Origin: a virus
Lineage: Duplodnaviria > Caudoviricetes
Strand: one strand, 5' to 3'
Virus record (IMG/VR): IMGVR_UViG_2030936005_000025
Span: 200,204-264,203 of that record
Length of the DNA stretch: 64,000 bases
Each line of letters begins with the position of its first letter. Position 1 is the stretch's first letter. Of the stretch, positions 24,704 through 34,201 are shown one piece after another. Below the pieces are notes generated by a model. That model searched no databases. It had not been told where the DNA came from and worked only from the letters and a program-made list of their open reading frames with translations. The position numbers were made by a program, and so were the translations under genes.

Positions 24704-25286
24704 CAGAGTGACCTATCAATGGTAAAATGGAATTAAACTTTGTGGCTTCACAAACACTTAAATCGGAATGTTCAAGATCCCGTTTAAATATCCGTGAAGG
24801 AATGATGTCGGACCAGGCTTGTGTAATAATGTCGTGTTCGTTTACATATGTTTCAAACGTGATTACCACTCCCCACTCACCTTCCCCCAATAAACCCTTC
24901 AGAGCGGAAACAAGATATTTACCTTGCCCAGACATGCCTGCATCATAAATGACCGCAGAAGGTGCATGATAAGGAGGAGACATCTTCAACCATCCTCGAG
25001 GATATCGTTGAATTGTAAAGTAGTTTGCGTTGGTAACTTGGAATCCTTCATGAGTGATGTAATAGGCCACATTCATCTCTTGTTTATTCTCATCACACGT
25101 GATAATAACAAACTCTGGATTTTTATCGTCACCATTGCTGTACGTAATCTGCGTTCTACCTAAGACATTGAAAACATCAAATTTTGGATAGGGAGCGATC
25201 ACATTGATGTAGTCTGTACCGGGATCGGCAAATGCCTTTAAAGTAAAACAAATAACAAGTAATACCATCAAACGTTTCATGCACAC
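24690..25286 (-). CDS. Secreted protein, two-cysteine family
   Basis: Signal peptide ending AFA-D; cysteines in IITCD and SVCE. Confidence 0.85.
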   Translation of the reverse strand: MCMKRLMVLLVICFTLKAFADPGTDYINVIAPYPKFDVFNVLGRTQITYSNGDDKNPEFVIITCDENKQEMNVAYYITHEGFQVTNANYFTIQRYPRGWLKMSPPYHAPSAVIYDAGMSGQGKYLVSALKGLLGEGEWGVVITFETYVNEHDIITQAWSDIIPSRIFKRDLEHSDLSVCEATKFNSILPLIGHSDENQ

Positions 25287-25364
25287 CCTTTATTAAGCCC
25301 TACAACCCAAAAGGCCGCAAGGCTTAAAATCAATTTGATTATGTATACCTGTTATTTCATCCAA

Positions 25365-25946
25365 CTAAAAAATGGCTTGATCTTTGTCGAAGTTAACTGG
25401 GCAAGCAGTACTGAGTCTCCCCAACAGCTTTTTCCAGTCATCACCAACGATAAAGAATTCTTCACCCTCTTGTTGAACCACAGGTAAGTTATCGGGATTT
25501 TTGCTGAGTGCCTTTTCGTAAGTTGCTTTAGTCCCAACTGGGAATCGAGCGATCACGAAAGCTTTATCTGCATTCAGAACATTATAATAGGCCTCACCTT
25601 GAGTGGTGCCCAGCATCCCAACAATGAACTTACCTGCTGTATCCAGCGATTGCATATTCACCACACCGAACTTACGGAACACGAATACATCGTACTGGTG
25701 ACCACCACCGTTGTACGTCATATTCAGCTTGTGAGTCTTGGTGTTGCAGATCAATGCAACTTCACCACCTTGTTCACCACGGTTCGTCATACCGATCAGA
25801 TGTTCCATACCGGGAGTCGTTGGAAGTGCTTTCCAACCAAACTCAGAAGCAACAACTGAACCAGAGAACAGACCAACTACACACAGCAGAGCAGCAATAA
25901 CCTTTTTCATTACAGTACCTTTAATTAAATTAAGTGAGTTATACAC
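25365..25946 (-). CDS. Secreted protein, two-cysteine family (likely start MKKVIA)
   Basis: Signal peptide ending VVA-S; cysteines in ALICN and TACP. Confidence 0.85.
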   Translation of the reverse strand: MYNSLNLIKGTVMKKVIAALLCVVGLFSGSVVASEFGWKALPTTPGMEHLIGMTNRGEQGGEVALICNTKTHKLNMTYNGGGHQYDVFVFRKFGVVNMQSLDTAGKFIVGMLGTTQGEAYYNVLNADKAFVIARFPVGTKATYEKALSKNPDNLPVVQQEGEEFFIVGDDWKKLLGRLSTACPVNFDKDQAIF

Positions 25947-25950
25947 TTTA

Positions 25951-25965
25951 ATAATATCGAACTGA
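25951..25965 (-). promoter_or_regulatory. Phage early-type promoter for the exported-protein operon
   Basis: Minus strand reads TCA-GTTC-GATATTAT. Confidence 0.7.
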
Positions 25966-25982
25966 ACCGTGATGGAACTGAA

Positions 25983-26582
25983 TCAAAGGCGGCCTTTATA
26001 TGTCTCCATTGCCGCTTTTGCATCCGTTATAGCAGAGGTAATGAATTTGTTAAGTTTAATGATCAGCTCAACAAAGTCCTTTTCCTTATGCTCATAAAGT
26101 CTTGCTTTGTCCTCACAAGAAGCAATTTCAAAGAAGAAGTCATGAGTAGTGGATGTCCCTATCGCAATCGTGGAAGTATAGACTGCGGAAGGTCCTGTGG
26201 AGGAATTCAGAAAGTCCTTTATTACAAACACTTTATCACGATCGAAATAGTCTTTGTACTCTGAGATAAACCGCCCCAAAACATCCCTGATCAATTCGAG
26301 CTTTCGAACATAGTCCTTCAGTGCATCCATCGGACCAATGTTGTTATTGGCATGAAGTTTGACAATCTGAGAACCAATCCCGAACGTTAACTCGAATATC
26401 GCAAACATCTGTTCACGAGGATAGAAATCATCCTTCGTTAACTGAGAAGGATCCAATTCCCCCTTTTCAGGCTTTACCGTCCATACCGTTGCATTAGATA
26501 ACTCATGACGATAAGAGACCGTATTAAGAAAAGGAGACCGTTGTAGCCAATCACGTTTAAAGGTACGTTTAACCCACGCCAT
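25983..26582 (-). CDS. Hypothetical protein (paralogue of 27855..28433)
   Basis: 199 aa; FLN…FEIASC..KAR pattern. Confidence 0.8.
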   Translation of the reverse strand: MAWVKRTFKRDWLQRSPFLNTVSYRHELSNATVWTVKPEKGELDPSQLTKDDFYPREQMFAIFELTFGIGSQIVKLHANNNIGPMDALKDYVRKLELIRDVLGRFISEYKDYFDRDKVFVIKDFLNSSTGPSAVYTSTIAIGTSTTHDFFFEIASCEDKARLYEHKEKDFVELIIKLNKFITSAITDAKAAMETYKGRL

Positions 26583-27087
26583 TATAACTCTCCAAAGCTT
26601 TACGGGCTTTCTCTATCATGATGTGGTATTTGTCTACCTTACCTTGATAAAGCGGTGAAGAACACCCTTTATGGCGGAATCTCATTTCATCAGAGATCGA
26701 CCAGTTTCCATCACCATCTGAAGTCTGGTAGATGCTCCCACCTATATTCATCCATTTCCTGAACTCCACTGCCTTACGTACTGCCTCTTTCTCAACCCAA
26801 TTATTAAAGTATTCCATGTGTTCTTTCTTGAGAATCATGGTAAACCCTGTTTGGCTAGAGATAGTAATGGAGTGATACCGCAGTTTGCGTAAATCAACTT
26901 TGAGCACAAGAAACTCATAGTCAGGTTTGATCTTAGACTTCAAAGCACAATTAGCTATTTTGAACTCATGGTCTAATAAATCAAAGATCTGATCGAATGT
27001 GATATGTTTGTGAACAAAAGCTAGACAAGAACGCTCTCTGAGATAATCAAGATTATTCATCAGCTGATTAATCTGATCTTCTTTCAT
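26569..27087 (-). CDS. Hypothetical protein
   Basis: 172 aa in a tightly packed leftward operon. Confidence 0.8.
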   Translation of the reverse strand: MKEDQINQLMNNLDYLRERSCLAFVHKHITFDQIFDLLDHEFKIANCALKSKIKPDYEFLVLKVDLRKLRYHSITISSQTGFTMILKKEHMEYFNNWVEKEAVRKAVEFRKWMNIGGSIYQTSDGDGNWSISDEMRFRHKGCSSPLYQGKVDKYHIMIEKARKALESYNGVG

Positions 27088-27588
27088 TTACCACCACCGT
27101 TGATAGAAACTTTCATCCTCGCATTCTTCAAAGGTATCCGGTTTACGAATACGCCATGACTTACACCAGGCAATCAGTTTATTGATGTTCTCATCTGTGA
27201 CGGTAATCGAATAACTACCGCGGGTGATGACAACGTGAATAGCAGGCGGATGTGTCGGTTTATAAATATTCACCCATTGACGGTCCCAACCTGTGACGCT
27301 TAACTCAGGATGATTGATGGACGTCATGGTAACATTGAGATATTTATAAGGACGATACAATTCACCCATAGCCGACATACGCTGTGGGCCCAACGTGTAG
27401 CCATTCTGAATCGAATTGGCAATACGAGTCAACTCTTCATCGAAAGACTGGCAGATGAGCTTGTAGGTACGTTTAGAACGCCTTCTGACCGCATTAATCG
27501 TACTGATACGAAAACGCGCCAGTTCTTTATAGAAATCACTTTCCATATTTCTTTCTCCAGTCAGCAAGATTGGTTGCCTTAGGGGCAT
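27088..27588 (-). CDS. Hypothetical protein (likely start MESDF)
   Basis: 166 aa; GGAG site before the internal Met. Confidence 0.75.
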   Translation of the reverse strand: MPLRQPILLTGERNMESDFYKELARFRISTINAVRRRSKRTYKLICQSFDEELTRIANSIQNGYTLGPQRMSAMGELYRPYKYLNVTMTSINHPELSVTGWDRQWVNIYKPTHPPAIHVVITRGSYSITVTDENINKLIAWCKSWRIRKPDTFEECEDESFYQRWW

Positions 27589-27895
27589 GCATAACCCAAT
27601 CCATGATCAAGTGATGATTGGATTCATCAATGGTTAATGTTCTTCCACCCAATGGCGAGCCAATAGTAAATGACTTGTTACCGGGTGTGAAAGTGAAGTA
27701 TCTGCTATTAATGAAATGACTTCCACCGAACAGAGAGATTTTAGCGATTAGCTTTAATTCCTCTTTTACCTCGTGCAGATTTCTTTTGTCGGTAAAGCCA
27801 GTTACGGATCCTCCAATCGACCTGGCTACAATATAACCAAGCTCTCTATTGAAGTCACTTTTCATCTTCTTTCTTCCCCACAGGGAGTTGATCAA
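27536..27895 (-). CDS. Hypothetical protein (likely start MKSDF)
   Basis: 119 aa; N-terminus resembles the adjacent gene. Confidence 0.7.
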   Translation of the reverse strand: MINSLWGRKKMKSDFNRELGYIVARSIGGSVTGFTDKRNLHEVKEELKLIAKISLFGGSHFINSRYFTFTPGNKSFTIGSPLGGRTLTIDESNHHLIMDWVMHAPKATNLADWRKKYGK

Positions 27896-28433
27896 GTTTC
27901 TCTTTCAAGATAACCAGATCTTTCTCTGTTTCAGTAACGATCGAAATCACACTCTTGAGATACTTCTTCATAGAGTGGGGTGTATGTCCATATCGATACT
28001 TCTTATAACAACTCGATATTTCAAAGATGCAGTAGTTGGTTCTATCATCAGGGTCTGCCGTCATATACAGTGTTGCACCAAACCCGTCATTAACATTTGC
28101 ATCATTAAGGAACTCTCTTCTGACATAAGGTCCCTTACCTTCTTCTAAATGCTTGACCATATCCTGACACATTAACTTAATCAGAGTGATCTTGTTAATA
28201 TAGGCATTGAAGGAAGCAACCAGATCTTCATCCGGATTGTTATGGACTTCAACAAAAGCATTTGGCCAAAAGAAACACAGTCTTAAATTCAACATGTGTT
28301 TGTCAGTATTTTGTAGTTTCCCGTCAACCAACTCTCGAATAGGAATAAGTGAGTTACCGAACATCAGACCAATAAGGCCAGGTGGTGGAACTAACATTTT
28401 CCTTTTGTGATTATTATGTCTGATCAAAGCCAT
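27855..28433 (-). CDS. Hypothetical protein (paralogue of 25983..26582)
   Basis: 192 aa; FLN…FEISSC.KKYR pattern. Confidence 0.8.
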   Translation of the reverse strand: MALIRHNNHKRKMLVPPPGLIGLMFGNSLIPIRELVDGKLQNTDKHMLNLRLCFFWPNAFVEVHNNPDEDLVASFNAYINKITLIKLMCQDMVKHLEEGKGPYVRREFLNDANVNDGFGATLYMTADPDDRTNYCIFEISSCYKKYRYGHTPHSMKKYLKSVISIVTETEKDLVILKEKLDQLPVGKKEDEK

Positions 28434-28481
28434 AAAAAATAAACCTTTTAGTAAACCTCCTCTGGGACAACCCAGAGGAGG
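28434..28481 (-). terminator. Hairpin terminator with displaced T6 tract
   Basis: 11-bp stem CCTCCTCTGGG-ACAA-CCCAGAGGAGG; A6 16 nt away. Confidence 0.65.
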
Positions 28482-28502
28482 AATCGCCTATGGGCAGTTC
28501 AC

Positions 28503-28937
28503 TTAGTCAAACAGTTTCTTTGCACGTTCAACGTTGCTTTCAGAATAGGTCGAATACCAATCAACCATATCCTGAGAATGTGGGTGATCGATGAACAGCT
28601 GAGAACCACCATAGATGGTATCTTCGCCAACCGTTTCACGCAGACGCACATCAGCATTCATGGTCAGACCATCGAACACGCTCAGACGTGAATCCCAGGT
28701 TTCCTGTTTGGTATCGGCAAATTGGTTGTGAGCGATTTCAGTAGTCGCTGCTTCAACTGCCAGACCCAGACCGTTGATCAGTTCGACACTTTCTTTCAGC
28801 TGATCGATCTTTTCGGTAGTCAGGAAGCTTGGCATTTTGAAACTGATGTGATGAGTGTCTTTATGGATCTCAGCATTATCTACCAGTTCTTTAACGCGAG
28901 CATCTTGTACTTTACCGAAAGGTTTGTTCTGTGACAT
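28503..28937 (-). CDS. Hypothetical protein
   Basis: 144 aa; biased (high-expression-like) codon usage; TAGGA site. Confidence 0.8.
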   Translation of the reverse strand: MSQNKPFGKVQDARVKELVDNAEIHKDTHHISFKMPSFLTTEKIDQLKESVELINGLGLAVEAATTEIAHNQFADTKQETWDSRLSVFDGLTMNADVRLRETVGEDTIYGGSQLFIDHPHSQDMVDWYSTYSESNVERAKKLFD

Positions 28938-28995
28938 GGAATATCCTATTACTTAAATGAGTGGTGGGTGTTACTAAATTGGTAGGAGGGTAATT

Positions 28996-29205
28996 TTACA
29001 ATTGACCCTGTTCGTAACCGCGGTTACGTTCTTCTTGAAGACGGTTCTCTTCCGCCCAACCTGCATTGGTATTGTGGCGTTCCAGAACTTCAAGACGCTC
29101 CAGTTTCTTCAGAAGAGTTTGTGTCTCTTCTTTGTTCAACTGCAGCAATGCTCCGCCATTACCTTTAGCAATGGCCTCTTTCAATTCATTAATAATCCGA
29201 TTCAT
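28996..29205 (-). CDS. Small hypothetical coiled-coil protein
   Basis: 69 aa; AAGGAG site. Confidence 0.75.
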   Translation of the reverse strand: MNRIINELKEAIAKGNGGALLQLNKEETQTLLKKLERLEVLERHNTNAGWAEENRLQEERNRGYEQGQL

Positions 29206-29215
29206 CTTAATCTCC

Positions 29216-30184
29216 TTAATAACGATTCATCAAGGTGTTTGGGTCAACCGGCGACCATACCTTATCAGGGGAAGGCTCAGTGGTCCGGCATTGAGAAGTC
29301 AAACTGTTTGACCCGTAAACCAAACGTCCATGAAGAGGGTTGTTCGGACTGATCAACTCGCCAATCGAAATGCCCTTCGCAACATGTGGGGTCTGCGGAG
29401 CATGTCTGACGAAGAACTCAAAACGACCTGCCATCAGAACAACCTCTTTGCCTTGTAGCCAATCAGCTGATGGATGGCCTGACATGAGATGGAGTTTGAT
29501 ACCTGGTTTAACTTGAGCCAAATGTTCGGCGAAAGCATGATATAGGTTTTCGCACTCACTGGTATGCCCAAGGCGATGATCGATATAAACCCAAACTTCT
29601 TTTGGGTCATTGACGAGCAATTCATCCAGCTTAACAGTTGGAACTTTCAGAACCCACAGATAACGATTATCCAACTCCTGATTAGGCATCTTCATGATAA
29701 CCCACTGATCGTACGCGTTCAGACTCAGAACGATATCCACCTTTTTAATTTCCAGCTGAGTTAGGCCGGCTGGGTCACGAAGTTCTTCGAAGGTCGGATC
29801 CATCAGTGAATAACGAGGGTCTTTGATATCCGCAGAATCGGGATCTTCTTGATATGTCGCATTCAGGATAATCTCTTCGAGATCCCAGAACTTGATTGAG
29901 TTCGCATTCAGTTCCTCTGGCGTACCATGAGGGACCAACACGAGAACTTTCTCATCACCCTGGATCAGTTTACCTGCTTCAATGAACTTGCGCTCACGAC
30001 CGATCACACCGTACTTCTGATTGATGTTATTACGAATTGGGCAGTTAGCTTCCTGTTGGAGTTCGTCCAACGTTTTATTCTTTTCCATATATTCCTCGCT
30101 AGTGATCTTGCCTTCAGCAAGATCTAATTTATCTTTCATTCGCTCGCTACGTAAATCAGCAAGCCAACGTTCATGAAGTTCCAT
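29216..30184 (-). CDS. Hypothetical protein
   Basis: 322 aa; GGAG site. Confidence 0.8.
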   Translation of the reverse strand: MELHERWLADLRSERMKDKLDLAEGKITSEEYMEKNKTLDELQQEANCPIRNNINQKYGVIGRERKFIEAGKLIQGDEKVLVLVPHGTPEELNANSIKFWDLEEIILNATYQEDPDSADIKDPRYSLMDPTFEELRDPAGLTQLEIKKVDIVLSLNAYDQWVIMKMPNQELDNRYLWVLKVPTVKLDELLVNDPKEVWVYIDHRLGHTSECENLYHAFAEHLAQVKPGIKLHLMSGHPSADWLQGKEVVLMAGRFEFFVRHAPQTPHVAKGISIGELISPNNPLHGRLVYGSNSLTSQCRTTEPSPDKVWSPVDPNTLMNRY

Positions 30185-30192
30185 AGCAACTC

Positions 30193-30537
30193 CTAAAGAG
30201 TCACAGTGTTACCTAAGCGACTCATGTGCTTATGCCATTTACCAATCTTGATCGAACGTGTAGTTACGTACAACGCGACGGTAGAAATAGCACAAAGGTG
30301 CTGAGTACGATTCTCGATTACACACATGGGTAATTTAGGATCGATAGGAGAAATGGTAATTACGGTAGCAGGATTCACCTCCTGAATTACCTTTACCAGA
30401 TCGCGTACACGTTTTGCAGTTGCACGTCGTTCAGCACCATGATACGAATTACCGCATCCATGTAAGATTGTCACGCTTGGTAAAGAGTAATCTTTCAGAA
30501 GTTCTACTACCGTACAGTTATTCATTTTTATTCTCAC
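30193..30537 (-). CDS. Hypothetical protein
   Basis: 114 aa downstream of the promoter motif. Confidence 0.7.
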   Translation of the reverse strand: MRIKMNNCTVVELLKDYSLPSVTILHGCGNSYHGAERRATAKRVRDLVKVIQEVNPATVITISPIDPKLPMCVIENRTQHLCAISTVALYVTTRSIKIGKWHKHMSRLGNTVTL

Positions 30538-30598
30538 TAAGGTTTAGAAGATAAAAGGAAGTACGTATTCGTCTTCCCAGCTTTTCAGCTTCACGTTA

Positions 30599-30613
30599 AT
30601 AATATATGTTTGA
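30599..30613 (-). promoter_or_regulatory. Phage early-type promoter
   Basis: Minus strand reads TCA-AACA-TATATTAT. Confidence 0.7.
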
Positions 30614-30626
30614 AGATATATAGCGC

Positions 30627-30878
30627 TTACTTTTTGAATTCTTCAGAAATAAACTCGGGGAAACAACCCAGGTCTATTTTTGCATCCGTGCCCACAGAGA
30701 TAATAAACCATTGACAGCCAGTTTTCTGGTCGGTGTAAATATCCCCTCCTCCCGTTTGTTGAACGATGAGCCGACCAGCTTTGTACGGACCTTCAGAATT
30801 ATTGATGGGTTTAATGGTATTGACCGTCGCATTTGCAAACCCGGTTACTAACAGTAAAGCTAAAAGAATCTTTTTCAT
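30627..30878 (-). CDS. Small secreted protein
   Basis: 83 aa; signal peptide ending ANA-T; YTDQKTGCQWF motif with two cysteines. Confidence 0.8.
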   Translation of the reverse strand: MKKILLALLLVTGFANATVNTIKPINNSEGPYKAGRLIVQQTGGGDIYTDQKTGCQWFIISVGTDAKIDLGCFPEFISEEFKK

Positions 30879-30888
30879 TTCTTAATCC

Positions 30889-31284
30889 TTAAATAGAGAA
30901 CCGCACCCCTACTGGAAGTCCGGAACAACGAAGACTAGAGATAATCCCAGTCTCGTTAATCAACAAAGCAAGGTTAGCCAGGAATATGGCGTCCTTGTTT
31001 AATCCAGCCGCTTCGAGATTACACTTCAGCGTGTTCCTTCCTAAAACATGCTGGCCAACAGTACGCTCTGCTTTGAACTTGTCGACTTTGACAATGTTGG
31101 GATTCTGGCGAACCACAGCTTCGACAGCATCAGCAGTCGCGTCATTGTCACCCAATACCCCAATGATGACTGTTTTACAATGTAGAGGATCCAATACCTC
31201 CGCCAGAGGAAGAACTAAAGAACCACCGCCTTCTTTCCGATGCTTCTTGATCAGGTCATCAATTTCGTGCATGTTGTACAACAT
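30889..31284 (-). CDS. Hypothetical protein
   Basis: 131 aa; GAGG site. Confidence 0.75.
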   Translation of the reverse strand: MLYNMHEIDDLIKKHRKEGGGSLVLPLAEVLDPLHCKTVIIGVLGDNDATADAVEAVVRQNPNIVKVDKFKAERTVGQHVLGRNTLKCNLEAAGLNKDAIFLANLALLINETGIISSLRCSGLPVGVRFSI

Positions 31285-31294
31285 AGTCTTTACC

Positions 31295-32113
31295 TCAGTT
31301 TAAGAGTAACCAGCCGTTAGGCTCTTTAGCAACAGCGCCGTTTTCATACGGCAGATGAATATCAACACGATCACCACGAATGACTAATACAAAGTCATGT
31401 TGTACATCAAAGACTTTGACCGATTCTTTTTCAGATTCCCACCCGTTGAAATCTTCATTGAAGTAGTTGGTAGACAAACATACCTTGATCGAAGAGTTCA
31501 GTAATGCACTGGTGAGCTGATTAATCTTCTTGATGATGTCACGTTTGCTATCAGTACCGAAGTAACAGATCGCGATCTCAGCTTCACGGTTACGGGTCAG
31601 TTCATTTACCAGCCACATGTTTTCAGTAGGCAGAAGAACATTCAGATCTGCATCGCGCAGTTCCTCGAAGCCTTCCTGATCAAGATTAGGAACATAGAAG
31701 ACCGCTGTTTCGGGAACACCGAAACCTTTATAAACGAAAAGGTTACCACCACGGTCAATGAACAAACCCACATCGACCGTCATGAGTTTCTCTTTATTGA
31801 GTACTTCACCGCCATGTTCAGCGATGTTACCCTGACCGTCGTTATAGCCATGAATAACCGTTACTGGAATCTCAGGGAATAACACCGCCGTCATTTCCTG
31901 AATACGTTTAACGATGTTGTCTTCCCCGGCAACGAACGTTTCCTGAGTTTCCAGGATAGTGATATCCGTAGGAGAAAGGATGCGAAGTAGCAGACCTAAC
32001 GAGTATGCTTTTGAACGATGTTCGGCAGAGTCTTTAAAGAAGTAAGCCAGTTTCTTACGATCGACTTTGCTTTCTTTATTGATAACGCTTGATACGATGC
32101 TTGACAGTGACAT
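31295..32113 (-). CDS. Hypothetical protein
   Basis: 272 aa; GAGG site. Confidence 0.8.
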   Translation of the reverse strand: MSLSSIVSSVINKESKVDRKKLAYFFKDSAEHRSKAYSLGLLLRILSPTDITILETQETFVAGEDNIVKRIQEMTAVLFPEIPVTVIHGYNDGQGNIAEHGGEVLNKEKLMTVDVGLFIDRGGNLFVYKGFGVPETAVFYVPNLDQEGFEELRDADLNVLLPTENMWLVNELTRNREAEIAICYFGTDSKRDIIKKINQLTSALLNSSIKVCLSTNYFNEDFNGWESEKESVKVFDVQHDFVLVIRGDRVDIHLPYENGAVAKEPNGWLLLN

Positions 32114-32129
32114 AATAAATTCCTCTAAC

Positions 32130-32157
32130 AGCTTACCCAGGATGTCCTGGGTAAGCT
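32130..32157. other. Perfect intergenic hairpin (terminator or stability element)
   Basis: AGCTTACCCAGG-ATGT-CCTGGGTAAGCT, 12 bp. Confidence 0.6.
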
Positions 32158-32194
32158 TAGGTTAAATTAGATTGATTACCACTATGGTAAATCT

Positions 32195-32608
32195 TTAATC
32201 GAGTTTGGCATACGGAAGTAAATCGATGCCGTCCGGGACTTTGACAACCAAATGTTTGTTATCCAGACATTTTACGATCACAATGTCATACGCCATCACA
32301 CTGCGCATCTTGATCTTTTTGTCGATGAATCCATAGACAGGAAGAACCTGAGCATGACCTTCTGGAACTTTCCGTTTAAAGACTAAGTGAGTAGTCATAG
32401 GAATGCGTGGATCAATTGCACCCTCTTCAACCTCACCCAGGATCTTGTCAAGACGATCGACATTGCGACAGTCTGTATCGGCGTCACCAAAAGTATGATC
32501 CGCTGGAACTTCCAGCAACACACAAACGTTCTTGGGCTTAGCCAACTTAATCAGCTCAACTACCTTACTAATTTTCTCAGTCATTTTGTTTTTCCAAATA
32601 AATGACAA
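32195..32608 (-). CDS. Hypothetical protein
   Basis: 137 aa. Confidence 0.75.
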   Translation of the reverse strand: MSFIWKNKMTEKISKVVELIKLAKPKNVCVLLEVPADHTFGDADTDCRNVDRLDKILGEVEEGAIDPRIPMTTHLVFKRKVPEGHAQVLPVYGFIDKKIKMRSVMAYDIVIVKCLDNKHLVVKVPDGIDLLPYAKLD

Positions 32609-33527
32609 CCGCTTTAATGAAGTTTTTCAGTTGAGTCAAGTTATCACCCTCAACCACAAAACTGACCTTGGAGTTCGTGCAGGACAAATCAGAACTGATC
32701 ACGACAAATGTGCCACGATACTCTTTTATCATGGAGACATAGAAGTTGTATTTGCCCAACACCACGTGATCCTCATACAGACGCTCTGTATGACCCTTAG
32801 AACCACTTTCAACTGCTTTAGCTACATTGTCTAACCCTTTAGACAACGTCTCTAAGAAGTGCTTCCAGCTAATACCACGGGCATGACCTTCGTTCATGTG
32901 TAAACGAAGTTGACCATACTGCAAAGTCAACTCCCCACCACGACCATTAGTCGAGTGAATGTAACGAAGATATGAAGGAAGGGCGTCATAACTCAGATCA
33001 CCGTGATGAGTAACTAACATCATTGTGTTAGTATCAACACCGTTCTCATACTTGTTCAGAGTAAAGAAAGGATATTGCTCACCATGCTCTTTAACAAAAC
33101 AGGTTAAACTGGCGATCAGACTTTCAATGAATAACTTAGGCGGAACGTTATAAACACGATATGTTCCACCGCTCATCGCAAAGGTCATTTTGTTTCCAGT
33201 GATTTGAACTTCACCGCACTTCAGGCGATCACCCATCTGAACCTGAGGGCCGTCATTAAGACGACGCACGATTCCATACAGAGAGTTGATCAAACGGTTG
33301 GCATCATCTTTGTTAATGAAAGGTGAGCAACGACCATTGCCGTAATTGAACTGACACAGTGCCTCATTAAGGCGCGGTGCTTCAAATTCACGGGTTGGAT
33401 AATAACACTGCAACAAAAGACCTTGGTTGACCAATACAACATGCGTCTTCTTGATAGAAGTACCGTGATAGATTGACAGTTCTTCATCATCCCGTTTAGT
33501 GACATGACGCAGCATTAAAGATTCCAT
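32577..33527 (-). CDS. Hypothetical protein
   Basis: 316 aa; GGAG site; promoter motif upstream. Confidence 0.8.
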   Translation of the reverse strand: MESLMLRHVTKRDDEELSIYHGTSIKKTHVVLVNQGLLLQCYYPTREFEAPRLNEALCQFNYGNGRCSPFINKDDANRLINSLYGIVRRLNDGPQVQMGDRLKCGEVQITGNKMTFAMSGGTYRVYNVPPKLFIESLIASLTCFVKEHGEQYPFFTLNKYENGVDTNTMMLVTHHGDLSYDALPSYLRYIHSTNGRGGELTLQYGQLRLHMNEGHARGISWKHFLETLSKGLDNVAKAVESGSKGHTERLYEDHVVLGKYNFYVSMIKEYRGTFVVISSDLSCTNSKVSFVVEGDNLTQLKNFIKAVVIYLEKQND

Positions 33528-33564
33528 AACAGCTCCAGAAAAATATTGTATAGTTTACACTCTA

Positions 33565-33579
33565 ATAATATCAGCCTGA
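33565..33579 (-). promoter_or_regulatory. Phage early-type promoter
   Basis: Minus strand reads TCA-GGCT-GATATTAT. Confidence 0.7.
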
Positions 33580-33583
33580 AAAT

Positions 33584-33621
33584 AAAATGACTAAGAAGGC
33601 GTTACCCTTCTCAGTCATTTT
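33584..33621 (-). terminator. Hairpin terminator
   Basis: AAAATGACT-A-AGAAGG…CCTTCT-C-AGTCATTTT. Confidence 0.65.
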
Positions 33622-33623
33622 AA

Positions 33624-34187
33624 TTAAAATAAAGCCGCTTCTAAATCAAAAGCATGAATGGATTTGATATTCATCATATTCTTTCCATCCTTCATGGTCA
33701 TTAATCCAAGAGACCTGATACTGAGATAATGAGGAATACTCTCGACAAGCTTAACAGCCCGGTCATTAAGCTTGACAACCCCATACAAATTAATGACCTC
33801 GGAGTCACCTTCTTTAACGATCTCGTATGACTCAAGAGTTCCATTGACCGCAGCCAGGTTGATCGTCGTTATTACATTGATGAACTCTTCTACGTTTTTA
33901 GTTGCTTCTTTTCTTTTAAAAACGTCTGATTGTTCAAGCTCACCCAGATGACGATCCAACATTTTATCCATTTCACTGGCCAACAATTCTTCCGTTATAA
34001 GGAAAGTACATTGCCCCTGAAAGGATAGCTCGTTGAAAGTGCAGAGTAGAACTTTATAACGACCATCACCAAGGTGATCTTTAACAATGCGTTCTTTAGG
34101 AACTATTCTGGTATGTCCTTGCAACTCGAAATCATTTTTACGGACTTCTTGTTTAACAATGTATTCAGAAAGATCAACAGTTTGCAT
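33624..34187 (-). CDS. Hypothetical protein
   Basis: 187 aa; AAGG site. Confidence 0.8.
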   Translation of the reverse strand: MQTVDLSEYIVKQEVRKNDFELQGHTRIVPKERIVKDHLGDGRYKVLLCTFNELSFQGQCTFLITEELLASEMDKMLDRHLGELEQSDVFKRKEATKNVEEFINVITTINLAAVNGTLESYEIVKEGDSEVINLYGVVKLNDRAVKLVESIPHYLSIRSLGLMTMKDGKNMMNIKSIHAFDLEAALF

Positions 34188-34201
34188 GGGGGCTACCTTA
34201 A

